A stretch of DNA of 61,913 nucleotides from Clostridia bacterium (lineage in GTDB: Bacteria; Bacillota; Clostridia; TANB77; CAG-465), in NCBI GenBank assembly GCA_017521005.1, contig JAFXEC010000052.1, positions 1 through 61,913 on the forward strand. The letters run 5' to 3'. Both the position numbers and the translations under genes were made by a program. Within the stretch, counting starts at the first letter, position 1. Each line of letters starts with the position of its first letter. Under the pieces are notes generated by a model that had not been told where the DNA came from, searched no databases, and saw nothing but the letters and a program-made list of their open reading frames with translations. Of this stretch, positions 30,980 to 39,458 are shown piece by piece.

Positions 30980-31912
30980 ATGAAAAGAAAACAAGGTATA
31001 TCGCTAATAGTACTAGTAATAACAATTATAGTAATGATAATATTAGCAGCTTCAGTAGTGATTACTTTAAGTAATACAGGAATAATAAATAAAGCAAATG
31101 AAGCAACAGACACAACTAATTTACAACAAGTACAACAATTAGCTACTTTAACATGGTCTGATGGATTTTTGGATAATTTAAGAGGAGACGACTTAAGAGA
31201 CTATGTATTAGGTGAAATGGGAGATTATACAAATGATTATGATATAGATGTATCAGACAAAGGTGTAGAAGTAAATAAAAAAGGTGAAGGACCAATCGAA
31301 CCATTTGACTATTATACATATGATTATGATACGACAAATATGACGGCAGCATTAAAAGGTGTGCAAGAGAAGTATGCGGTAACAGGATACTATAATTATA
31401 GAACAGATAAATATCCTTATACAACAGCAATAAAGGATGATGAAGGAAATACTGTAACAAGAGTTGCAATTCCATCAACAGTAACTGGACCTGATGGTGA
31501 GACATATACAGTAACTTCAATAAAAGCGGGAGCGTTTTCATCTAGTACAGCAGGTTCGCTAAACCCAGCGCTTGATGATCAATCACAATTTACAGAAATA
31601 GTATTACCGGATACATTGGTAACAATTGACAATAATGCATTTGCCTTATGTGTAAATATAAAAGAAATAGTAATACCAGAAGGTGTTACAAATATAAATT
31701 ATGGTGCGTTTATGGTATGTAAATCATTAAAGAAGATAGTATTGCCGAAAACATTTACAACACTTGGTCTGTGGGTATTTGGATATGCAGACAATTTAAC
31801 AGATGTATATTATGCTGGTACAGAAACAGAATGGTCAAATCTATCATTAGATGAAATGGGTAATGAGCCCCTTACAAATGCAACTATGCATTATAACTAT
31901 GTAGCAGAATAA
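30980..31912 (+). CDS. Pilin-like-handle protein C with C-terminal BspA-type leucine-rich repeats
   Basis: N terminus MKRKQG-ISLIVLVITIIVMIILAASVVITLSNTGII. C terminus has VTSIKAGAF, LVTIDNNAFALC and VTNINYGAFMVC repeats. Confidence 0.75.
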   Translation: MKRKQGISLIVLVITIIVMIILAASVVITLSNTGIINKANEATDTTNLQQVQQLATLTWSDGFLDNLRGDDLRDYVLGEMGDYTNDYDIDVSDKGVEVNKKGEGPIEPFDYYTYDYDTTNMTAALKGVQEKYAVTGYYNYRTDKYPYTTAIKDDEGNTVTRVAIPSTVTGPDGETYTVTSIKAGAFSSSTAGSLNPALDDQSQFTEIVLPDTLVTIDNNAFALCVNIKEIVIPEGVTNINYGAFMVCKSLKKIVLPKTFTTLGLWVFGYADNLTDVYYAGTETEWSNLSLDEMGNEPLTNATMHYNYVAE

Positions 31913-31943
31913 TTAAATCAGTAAACAAATTAAATAATAAAAG

Positions 31944-31972
31944 AAAACATAACAGGTAACTGTTATGTTTTT
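31944..31972 (+). terminator. Rho-independent terminator
   Basis: acataacag-gtaa-ctgttatgt followed by tttt. Confidence 0.75.
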
Positions 31973-32033
31973 CCTTTTTGTTTATTCTTTTCTTTTTTAA
32001 TTCTTTATGGTAAAATATATGCGAGGATTTTTT

Positions 32034-32789
32034 ATGGAAAGAATAGATGATTTAAACCTTAATGGTAAGAAGATTGTGCAAGATACGGACCTGTTTTTAT
32101 TCGGTATGGATTCTGTACTTCTTGCTAATATGGTTAAGAAAACAAATAAAGATACAAACATATTAGATTTAGGTACAGGTTCAGCAGTAATGCCTGTAAT
32201 TATTTCTGAGAAAGTTAAGTGTAACAAAATTATTGGAGTAGAGCTCCAAGATAAAATGTACAATTTAGCTCTTAAAAATATTAAGTTAAACGAATTAGAA
32301 GATAAAATTTATGCTGTAAAAGAAGATCTTAAAAATGTAGAAAAAATTCGTGAAAAAATTGTCGAAATAACTGGAAAAGATAAAGTAGATGTGGTAATAT
32401 CTAATCCCCCATATAAAAAGGTAGGGACTGGAACGGTAAATAATATAGATGAAAAATATATAGCTCGTCATGAAGTAGAATGTACATTAGAAGATATATT
32501 TAAAACATCATCTAAGTTATTAAAATTTAAAGGCAAGTTATATATTGTACATAAACCAGAAAGAATGGCAGACTTAATATGCTTAGGTAGAAAATATAAC
32601 CTAGAAATAAAAGAACTACAATTTTTACAACCAACTAAAATAAAGAAACCTAGTATAGTACTTTGTGAATATGTTTTAGGCGGCGGCAATGAATGTACAG
32701 TATTGCCTAGTATAATAGAATATGATGAGAACGGAAATTACACAGACCATGTATATGAAATATATGGAATGGATAACGTGGAGGAATAA
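32034..32789 (+). CDS. tRNA1(Val) (adenine37-N6)-methyltransferase-like SAM methyltransferase
   Basis: ATG at 32034 after GAGGAT. LDLGTGSA SAM motif and NPPY motif. Conserved position upstream of rsmI. Confidence 0.75.
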   Translation: MERIDDLNLNGKKIVQDTDLFLFGMDSVLLANMVKKTNKDTNILDLGTGSAVMPVIISEKVKCNKIIGVELQDKMYNLALKNIKLNELEDKIYAVKEDLKNVEKIREKIVEITGKDKVDVVISNPPYKKVGTGTVNNIDEKYIARHEVECTLEDIFKTSSKLLKFKGKLYIVHKPERMADLICLGRKYNLEIKELQFLQPTKIKKPSIVLCEYVLGGGNECTVLPSIIEYDENGNYTDHVYEIYGMDNVEE

Positions 32790-33655
32790 TGAGTAAAAAA
32801 GAAGAAATAACTGGTAAGTTATATTTGGTAGGTACGCCAATAGGTAATTTAAGAGATATTACTTTACGTGCAATTGACACATTAAAAGAAGTAGATTTAA
32901 TTTTAGCAGAAGATACAAGACAAACATTGAAGTTATTAAATCACTTGGAAATATCTAAGCCACAAATAAGTTACCATAGGCACAATGAAAAAGATAAAAT
33001 AGATGAAGTAAGAAGATTATTAGACGAAGGAAAACAAATTGCATTAGTATCTGATGCAGGTATGCCAAGGATATCTGATCCTGGTGAAGCATTAGTAGAA
33101 ACATTAATAGATGAAGGATATAAGATAGAAGTTATACCTGGTGTTACTGCTCTTACTACAGCAATAGCATACACAAATTTTGATTCAGATACCTTTACAT
33201 TTGAAGGATTTTTACCAATGAGACCAACTAGACGTCGTGAAAGATTAGAAAGTCTTAAATATGAAACAAGAACAATGGTATTCTATGAAGCACCACATAA
33301 GATTTTATATACGTTAAAAGATATATTAAAACATTTAGGCGAAAGAAGAATATGTATAGCAAGAGAACTTACAAAGCTTCATGAAGAATGTAGATATTCT
33401 ACACTTACAGAACAAATAGAAGAAATTGAAACAAATGGTATTAAAGGTGAAATCGTTTTAATTGTTGAAGGTAATATTGAAGGCGAGAGCTTAAAAAAAG
33501 AAGAAGAAAACGAAAAGCTTGGTATAGACAAAATGACAGATAGAGAACTTGTAGAGTATTATGTTGGACAAGGAATGGATAAAAAAGAAGCAATAAAGAA
33601 AGTAGCAAAAGAAAGAGGAAAAACAAAGAACGAAGTATATATGGAGTGTGTTTAA
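32789..33655 (+). CDS. rsmI: 16S rRNA (cytidine1402-2'-O)-methyltransferase
   Basis: LYLVGTPIGNLRDITLRA and AEDTR motifs of the tetrapyrrole-methylase-fold RsmI. Confidence 0.9.
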   Translation: MSKKEEITGKLYLVGTPIGNLRDITLRAIDTLKEVDLILAEDTRQTLKLLNHLEISKPQISYHRHNEKDKIDEVRRLLDEGKQIALVSDAGMPRISDPGEALVETLIDEGYKIEVIPGVTALTTAIAYTNFDSDTFTFEGFLPMRPTRRRERLESLKYETRTMVFYEAPHKILYTLKDILKHLGERRICIARELTKLHEECRYSTLTEQIEEIETNGIKGEIVLIVEGNIEGESLKKEEENEKLGIDKMTDRELVEYYVGQGMDKKEAIKKVAKERGKTKNEVYMECV

Positions 33656-34279
33656 ATGACAGAAAAAGAACAACTTAGATTAGATAAAATGTTAGAGTAC
33701 GAAAGAGCGTTATATGCTAAAGGATATGAATTTGTATGCGGAATAGATGAAGCTGGACGTGGACCACTTTGTGGACCAGTTGTAGCAGCTGCAGTTATTC
33801 TTAAAAAAGATGATCATATTGAAGGTGTAAATGATTCTAAGAAACTTTCAGAAAAGAAAAGAGAACAATTATTTGAAACTATAAAAGAAAGAGCAGTGGC
33901 TTGGTCTGTTGGTATAGTAGATGAAGAAACAATAGATAATATAAATATTCTTGAAGCAACAAGACTAGCTATGAAAAAAGCAGTAGAAGGATTAAAACAA
34001 AAACCAGACTATGCATTAGTAGATGCAGAAAAGAAAGTGCCAATAGATGTGCCATATTCACCAATAATAAAAGGTGATGCGTTAAGTGAAACTATTGCAG
34101 CAGCGTCTATTATAGCTAAGGTTACAAGAGATCATATGATAATTGAATTAGACAAAGAATATCCAGAGTATGGTTTTGCAAAAAACAAAGGATATGGCAC
34201 AAAAGAACATACAGAAGCAATTAAAAAATATGGACTTTGCAAAGCACATAGAAAGAGCTTTTGTAAAAAGTTTATCTAG
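33656..34279 (+). CDS. rnhB: Ribonuclease HII
   Basis: GIDEAGRGPLCGPVVAAAV and DSKKLS motifs. Confidence 0.95.
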   Translation: MTEKEQLRLDKMLEYERALYAKGYEFVCGIDEAGRGPLCGPVVAAAVILKKDDHIEGVNDSKKLSEKKREQLFETIKERAVAWSVGIVDEETIDNINILEATRLAMKKAVEGLKQKPDYALVDAEKKVPIDVPYSPIIKGDALSETIAAASIIAKVTRDHMIIELDKEYPEYGFAKNKGYGTKEHTEAIKKYGLCKAHRKSFCKKFI

Positions 34280-34288
34280 GAGGTATTA

Positions 34289-34489
34289 ATGACAGTTACA
34301 TTTAAAGTAGAAGGTATGATGTGTGGCGGTTGCGAAAATAGAATTAAAAATGCATTAAGTGGTATAGAAGGTGCAGTGGCTGTAAATGCAAGTCATGAAA
34401 CTAAAACTGTAACAGTTGAAATGGATAAAGATATAACTAATATACTTAAAGATAAAATTGAAGCATTAGGCTTTGATGTAATAGATTAA
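34289..34489 (+). CDS. copZ: Copper chaperone (HMA domain)
   Basis: 66-aa ferredoxin-like HMA domain with GMMCGGC. Confidence 0.85.
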   Translation: MTVTFKVEGMMCGGCENRIKNALSGIEGAVAVNASHETKTVTVEMDKDITNILKDKIEALGFDVID

Positions 34490-34507
34490 TTAAATGGGTA
34501 ATAATAT

Positions 34508-36703
34508 ATGAAAAAAGTAATTTTAAGTATAGGTGGAATGAGCTGTAGTGCTTGCTCTTCGGGGTTAGAAAAATATTTGAATAAGCAGGAAGGAATAAAA
34601 GCATCAGTTAATCTGGTGCTTGCTCAGGCTTTAGTAGAATACGATGAAGGCAAGGTAAATGTAAAACAAATAGAAGAATATATTAAAGAAGCCGGTTTTG
34701 AATCTTTAGGTATATATAATCCTAAAAAAGAAAATAGAAAGAATATGAATAAACTATGGTTAATATTATTTGGAATATTAACTTTAGTTACTATGTATAT
34801 TTCTATGGGAGAAATGTTAAATATACCTGTACCAGGTTTTATTAGTATGGATAAAAGCCCGATAGTATATTCTATACTCCTATGTGTATTTGCAATATGT
34901 GCGCTTATTTATGGTAAAGATATATTAATAACTGGAGTAAAAAGATTTATTAAAACAATGCCTAATATGGATACATTAGTAACATTAGGTGTGCTTACAA
35001 GCTTTATATATAGCTTTATAAATATGATACTTGTATTTACAGGTAGACACGAACTTGTACATAATTTGTATTTTGAAGCGTGTGTAACAGTAATATTCTT
35101 TGTAAAGCTAGGCAGATATATAGACTATAATAGTAAAGAAAAGACTAAAGAAGCAATTAAAGATCTTGTTAAAATAACTCCGGAGTATGCAATAATAAAA
35201 ACAAAAGACGGAGATAAAAAGGTTACTATAGATGAAGTAAAAGTAGGAGACATACTTGTATGTAAAGCTGGAGATAGAGTTGCGGTAGACGGTACTGTAA
35301 TTTATGGTTCTGCACACGTAGATGAGTCGTTTATAACTGGCGAATCATTACCTAGAAAGAAAGTAATGGAGTCGAAAGTTATTGCAGGAAGTATTAATTA
35401 TGATGGGTATTTTGAGTATAGAGCAGAACGTATAGGTAAAGATTCCACAATATCTGAAATAGTACATTTAGTATCTGAAGCGTCAAATACTAAACCTAAA
35501 ATAGCTAAATATGCAGACGATGTATGTGGAATATTTGTAGCAGTAGTAATAGGAATAGCAATATTTACACTATGTATGTATATTATGTTTGATTTGGGAT
35601 TTAAAGAGGGAATTAAACACTTTGTAAATGTGCTTGTAGTAGCATGCCCTTGTGCGTTAGGCTTAGCAACTCCACTTGCTGTAGTAATAAGTGAAGGTAA
35701 ACTTGCTAAACGTGGAATACTTGTTAAGTCTAGTGATGTATTAGAAACTGCAAATAAAATTAATACAGTAGTAATGGACAAGACAGGAACACTAACTAAT
35801 GGTGAAGTTAGTATATATGAAGTATTAAATTATACAAATGATATAGACAATGTAGAGATAATGCAAATAGTAGGAAGCTTAGAAAGGCATTCTACACATC
35901 CTATTGCTTATCCATTTATTAAATACCTAGATGAAATAGGAAGACGTGAACTTGATGTAGAATATTTCGAAGAATTACCTGGTGTAGGTATAAGAGGTAA
36001 AGTTGGAGATTTTGAATACTATGTTGGAAATGGAAGAGTATTTCAAATACTAGGCGTAGAAAATAAATTCTTAAAGAATGAAGAACGTCTAGCTAGTGCT
36101 GGATGTAGCATTATGTATGTAATTAAGAATTTCCAAGTAATTGCATTAATTGGTGTAAAAGACACAATAAGAAAAGGTTCTTACGATGCAATGGCGGAAC
36201 TATTTAAGATGGATAAGAAATTCATAATGCTTACAGGGGATAATGGTTTAACAGCAAAAACTGTTGCGAACGAACTTAATATATATAGAGTAATAGCAAA
36301 TGTACTTCCTAAAGATAAGACAGAAAAAATAAGAGAATTAATAGATAATGGTAAGTATGTTATGATGGTTGGTGATGGAATAAATGATGCACCAGCTTTA
36401 GCTACAGCAACTATAGGAGTTTCTATGCATAGTGGAACAGATATAGCACAAAACTCTGCGGATGTAATTCTTATGAACAACGATATATCTAGTATAGCAG
36501 AACTATTTAGAACAAGCAAGAAAACACTAAACGTAATTAAATCTAATATGTTCTGGGCATTTGCATATAACATAGTAATGATAACAATAGCATCTGGAAT
36601 ACTTGAAAGATTTGGAATAGGATTAACACCAATGTATGCAAGTATGGCAATGATGTTTAGTAGTATAACAGTAATATTAAATTCATTTAGATTAAAGAGA
36701 TAA
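34508..36703 (+). CDS. copA: Copper-translocating P1B-type ATPase
   Basis: N-terminal GMSCSAC HMA domain, CPC in TM6, DKTGTLT, GDGINDAP. Confidence 0.95.
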   Translation: MKKVILSIGGMSCSACSSGLEKYLNKQEGIKASVNLVLAQALVEYDEGKVNVKQIEEYIKEAGFESLGIYNPKKENRKNMNKLWLILFGILTLVTMYISMGEMLNIPVPGFISMDKSPIVYSILLCVFAICALIYGKDILITGVKRFIKTMPNMDTLVTLGVLTSFIYSFINMILVFTGRHELVHNLYFEACVTVIFFVKLGRYIDYNSKEKTKEAIKDLVKITPEYAIIKTKDGDKKVTIDEVKVGDILVCKAGDRVAVDGTVIYGSAHVDESFITGESLPRKKVMESKVIAGSINYDGYFEYRAERIGKDSTISEIVHLVSEASNTKPKIAKYADDVCGIFVAVVIGIAIFTLCMYIMFDLGFKEGIKHFVNVLVVACPCALGLATPLAVVISEGKLAKRGILVKSSDVLETANKINTVVMDKTGTLTNGEVSIYEVLNYTNDIDNVEIMQIVGSLERHSTHPIAYPFIKYLDEIGRRELDVEYFEELPGVGIRGKVGDFEYYVGNGRVFQILGVENKFLKNEERLASAGCSIMYVIKNFQVIALIGVKDTIRKGSYDAMAELFKMDKKFIMLTGDNGLTAKTVANELNIYRVIANVLPKDKTEKIRELIDNGKYVMMVGDGINDAPALATATIGVSMHSGTDIAQNSADVILMNNDISSIAELFRTSKKTLNVIKSNMFWAFAYNIVMITIASGILERFGIGLTPMYASMAMMFSSITVILNSFRLKR

Positions 36704-36752
36704 AGTGGCAATGTAGAAAAACCACTAGTTTTGTCGAATGGGTGGGTTTTGG

Positions 36753-36782
36753 TTGACAAATTCATAGTGCCTAGGGTATAAT
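36753..36782 (+). promoter_or_regulatory. Sigma-A-type promoter (TTGACA, 18-nt spacer, TATAAT)
   Basis: TTGACA at 36753..36758 and TATAAT at 36777..36782, in the copA-rpmF spacer. Confidence 0.6.
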
Positions 36783-36788
36783 GTATAT

Positions 36789-36950
36789 AATACTAATGGT
36801 ACTGAAAAGTACTAGTATAAATGTTAGTCGCCACCTTGTTGGCGGGGTATAAATGCACAAGTGATCGAAATGTTCTCGCAACCCTACTTGCGAATAATAA
36901 ATGCGTAGGTGATCAAATTTAGAAATCTATCTCGAAAGAGGTAGATTTCA
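36789..36950 (+). ncRNA. Candidate structured RNA or sORF transcript with four hairpins, family unknown
   Basis: Hairpins at 36790..36818, 36829..36844, 36877..36892 and 36922..36949 (12-bp stem, GAAA loop). Hairpins 2 and 3 are 48 nt apart and differ by a paired substitution. Confidence 0.4.
36824..36919 (+). repeat. Tandem 2 x 48-nt repeat (31 of 48 positions identical by hand alignment)
   Basis: Unit 1 is 36824..36871 and unit 2 is 36872..36919. Each has a 5-bp hairpin followed by TAAATGC..GTGATC. Confidence 0.7.
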
Positions 36951-37018
36951 TTATGTATAAGGGGTAATAAATGATAATAGAATTTAAGCACTAAATTTAT
37001 AACTTTGCCTAAAATCAC

Positions 37019-37047
37019 TTGACAATACTTAACTCCTGCTATATAAT
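37019..37047 (+). promoter_or_regulatory. Sigma-A-type promoter for rpmF (TTGACA, 17-nt spacer, TATAAT)
   Basis: TTGACA at 37019..37024 and TATAAT at 37042..37047. Confidence 0.65.
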
Positions 37048-37104
37048 ATACGGGTAATAAGATAATCTAGGGCATTATGTGTTCGCTTAAAGGAGGGAAT
37101 AAAA

Positions 37105-37299
37105 ATGGCACAACCAAAAAGAAGATGGTCAAAAGCTAGAACAGCACTTCGTCGTTCTACATGGAAATTAGAAGAAAAATCATTAGCTACATGTGAAGCT
37201 TGTGGAGAAACAATACTTCCACATAAAGCATGTCCTGCTTGCGGAAAATATAATAAAAGACAAGTAGTAGAAATCAAAACTAAAAAAGAAGAAAAGTAA
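37105..37299 (+). CDS. rpmF: 50S ribosomal protein L32 (zinc-ribbon form)
   Basis: MAQPKRRWSKARTALRR start; CxxC...CxxC zinc-ribbon motifs. Confidence 0.95.
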   Translation: MAQPKRRWSKARTALRRSTWKLEEKSLATCEACGETILPHKACPACGKYNKRQVVEIKTKKEEK

Positions 37300-37344
37300 G
37301 ATAGACCTCACGTAACGTGGGGTTTTACTTTTATGAGGAATAAT

Positions 37345-38031
37345 ATGAAAGAGTTAAAAGTAATATACGAAGATAACCACTCAATAGTAGTAATAAAACC
37401 GGCAGGTATTCCATCTCAAGCAGATAAAACTGGAGACACGGATATGCTTACTTTGGTAAAAGCATATATAAAAGAAAAATATAATAAACCTGGAGAAGTG
37501 TTTTTAGGTTTAGTACATAGATTAGATCGTATGACTGAAGGTATTATGGTGTTTGCTAGAACTTCTAAAGGTGCTAGTAGACTTTCTGAAGCAATACGTA
37601 ATGGAGATTTTAAGAAAGAATACATTGCTGCTGTAGAAGGAAAATTAGAAGGTACAGGGCATCTAGAAAACTATCTATATAAAGATGAAAGAACTAATAC
37701 AAGTAGTGTAGTACCTGAAACTAAAAAAGGAGCTAAACTTGCATCACTAGATTATACAGTAGTTGGTCATACTAATTTTAAGAATAAAGAATATACATAT
37801 GTTAGAATTAAATTACATACAGGTCGTCATCATCAAATAAGAGTGCAAATGAGTAACATTGGGCATCCGTTATATGGTGATGTTAAGTACGGTGGAACAA
37901 AAGGAGACCTTGCGTTATTTGCATGCTCACTTAAGTTCATTCATCCTACTAAAGACGAGATTATGGAATTTAATGCTATGCCAGATAATACTGGTATATG
38001 GGAGGATATAAATGGAGCTAACAGAAATTAA
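37345..38031 (+). CDS. RluA-family pseudouridine synthase
   Basis: ATG at 37345 after GAGGA. HRLDRMTEG catalytic-Asp motif and HQIRVQM. Confidence 0.85.
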   Translation: MKELKVIYEDNHSIVVIKPAGIPSQADKTGDTDMLTLVKAYIKEKYNKPGEVFLGLVHRLDRMTEGIMVFARTSKGASRLSEAIRNGDFKKEYIAAVEGKLEGTGHLENYLYKDERTNTSSVVPETKKGAKLASLDYTVVGHTNFKNKEYTYVRIKLHTGRHHQIRVQMSNIGHPLYGDVKYGGTKGDLALFACSLKFIHPTKDEIMEFNAMPDNTGIWEDINGANRN

Positions 38032-39115
38032 ATATAGCTTGGAAGAATATATAAAAAGATTAAATGAGATTAAGACTACATTAAAAATAGAAGCAAAAGA
38101 ACAAGAACTAAAAGCTTTAGAAGAAAAAACATTAGCTGCTGGATTTTGGGATGATGCTAAGTCAAGTGGAGTTGTTCTAAAAGAAATAAAAGAGTTAAAG
38201 GTTGCTTTAGCGGCATATTACAAAGTAGCAGATGTAGTAGAAAATGCAGCAGTTTCTTATGAACTTCTAAAAGAAGAAATGGATGAAAGTATTAAAGCTG
38301 ATCTTGAAAAAGAAATTGAGTTACTAGAAGGAAAGATAGAAAAACTAGAAGTTTCTTCGCTTCTTGCTGAAGAATATGATACATTAAATGCAATTGTAAC
38401 AATACATGCAGGTGCAGGTGGAACAGAATCTCAAGACTGGGCAGAAATGCTAAATAGAATGTATACAAGATGGGCAGAGCGTTCGGGGTTTGAGTATTCG
38501 CTTTATGATATGCAAGAAGGTGATGAGGCCGGAATTAAGAGTGTTACATTTGGAGTTAAAGGAATGTATGCTTATGGATATCTTAAAGCAGAAAAAGGTG
38601 TACACAGACTTGTTAGAATATCTCCGTTTGATGCAAATAAAAGAAGACATACTTCGTTTGCAGCGGTAGATGTAATGCCTGAAATAGAAGACGATATAGA
38701 AGTAGAAATTAAGGCAGAGGATTTAGAAGTTGGAACATATAGAGCAAGTGGAGCAGGTGGACAACATGTTAACAAAACAGACTCTGCAGTAAGAATTAAA
38801 CATATACCAACAGGTATAGTTGTAGCTTGTCAAACAGAACGTTCTCAAATACAAAATAGAGAAACTTGTATGAAGATGCTTAAAGCAAAACTTTATCAAA
38901 ATGAATTAGATAAATCTCAAGAAAGGTTAAAAGAAATTAAAGGCGAACTTTCAGAAAATGGATGGGGCAGCCAAATTCGTTCTTATGTATTTTGTCCATA
39001 TACTATGGTGAAAGACCATAGGACAAACGCAGAAATGGGTAATGTACAAGGCGTTATGGATGGAGATTTAGATTTGTTTATATCTGAATATCTAAAAATG
39101 AATGCAAAGAAATAG
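38012..39115 (+). CDS. prfB: Peptide chain release factor 2, encoded in one uninterrupted frame
   Basis: SPF tripeptide (RISPFD) and GGQ (SGAGGQHVNKT). No in-frame TGA or CTTTGAC site near codons 24-26. Confidence 0.93.
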   Translation: MELTEIKYSLEEYIKRLNEIKTTLKIEAKEQELKALEEKTLAAGFWDDAKSSGVVLKEIKELKVALAAYYKVADVVENAAVSYELLKEEMDESIKADLEKEIELLEGKIEKLEVSSLLAEEYDTLNAIVTIHAGAGGTESQDWAEMLNRMYTRWAERSGFEYSLYDMQEGDEAGIKSVTFGVKGMYAYGYLKAEKGVHRLVRISPFDANKRRHTSFAAVDVMPEIEDDIEVEIKAEDLEVGTYRASGAGGQHVNKTDSAVRIKHIPTGIVVACQTERSQIQNRETCMKMLKAKLYQNELDKSQERLKEIKGELSENGWGSQIRSYVFCPYTMVKDHRTNAEMGNVQGVMDGDLDLFISEYLKMNAKK

Positions 39116-39125
39116 AGGTGTACAT

Positions 39126-39458
39126 ATGATTAGAAGAATATTAAGAATTATATTACCAGCTATATTTATAGCGTTACTTGTATGTGCTATGCAAGGTGGT
39201 AAAAATATATTAGATGGAATATATATAATCTTTCCAGTGGTATATGTAGCAATAGTTCTTATGAATGAAAAGTGGGATGTATTAATAAGCTTAATATTAA
39301 CATCTATAGCTTTCATAATTCCAATAAATCTTTTATATAATATGGGGAATTGCATAGATTTATTAGTTATATATAACGCTATAGCAGGACTTGTATATTT
39401 AATTAGGTTTGTTATAAGAAAAAAGAAGGATAAAAATAATGATAGAGAAACTGTTTAA
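39126..39458 (+). CDS. Small polytopic membrane protein, unknown function
   Basis: ATG at 39126 after AGAGGTG. 3-4 TM helices and a basic tail. Confidence 0.45.
   Translation: MIRRILRIILPAIFIALLVCAMQGGKNILDGIYIIFPVVYVAIVLMNEKWDVLISLILTSIAFIIPINLLYNMGNCIDLLVIYNAIAGLVYLIRFVIRKKKDKNNDRETV

Noticed and set aside
25262-31912. A conventional type IV pilus or competence pseudopilus operon.
   Set aside because: No assembly ATPase, platform protein or prepilin peptidase gene is present. The handles lack Phe+1 and Glu+5. The proteins (310-610 aa) are far larger than typical structural pilins.
36824-36919. Tandem repeat considered as a mini CRISPR array or tRNA-like element.
   Set aside because: There are only two units, they are directly abutting with no spacers, and they are divergent. 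No cas genes are present, and there is no cloverleaf or anticodon architecture.
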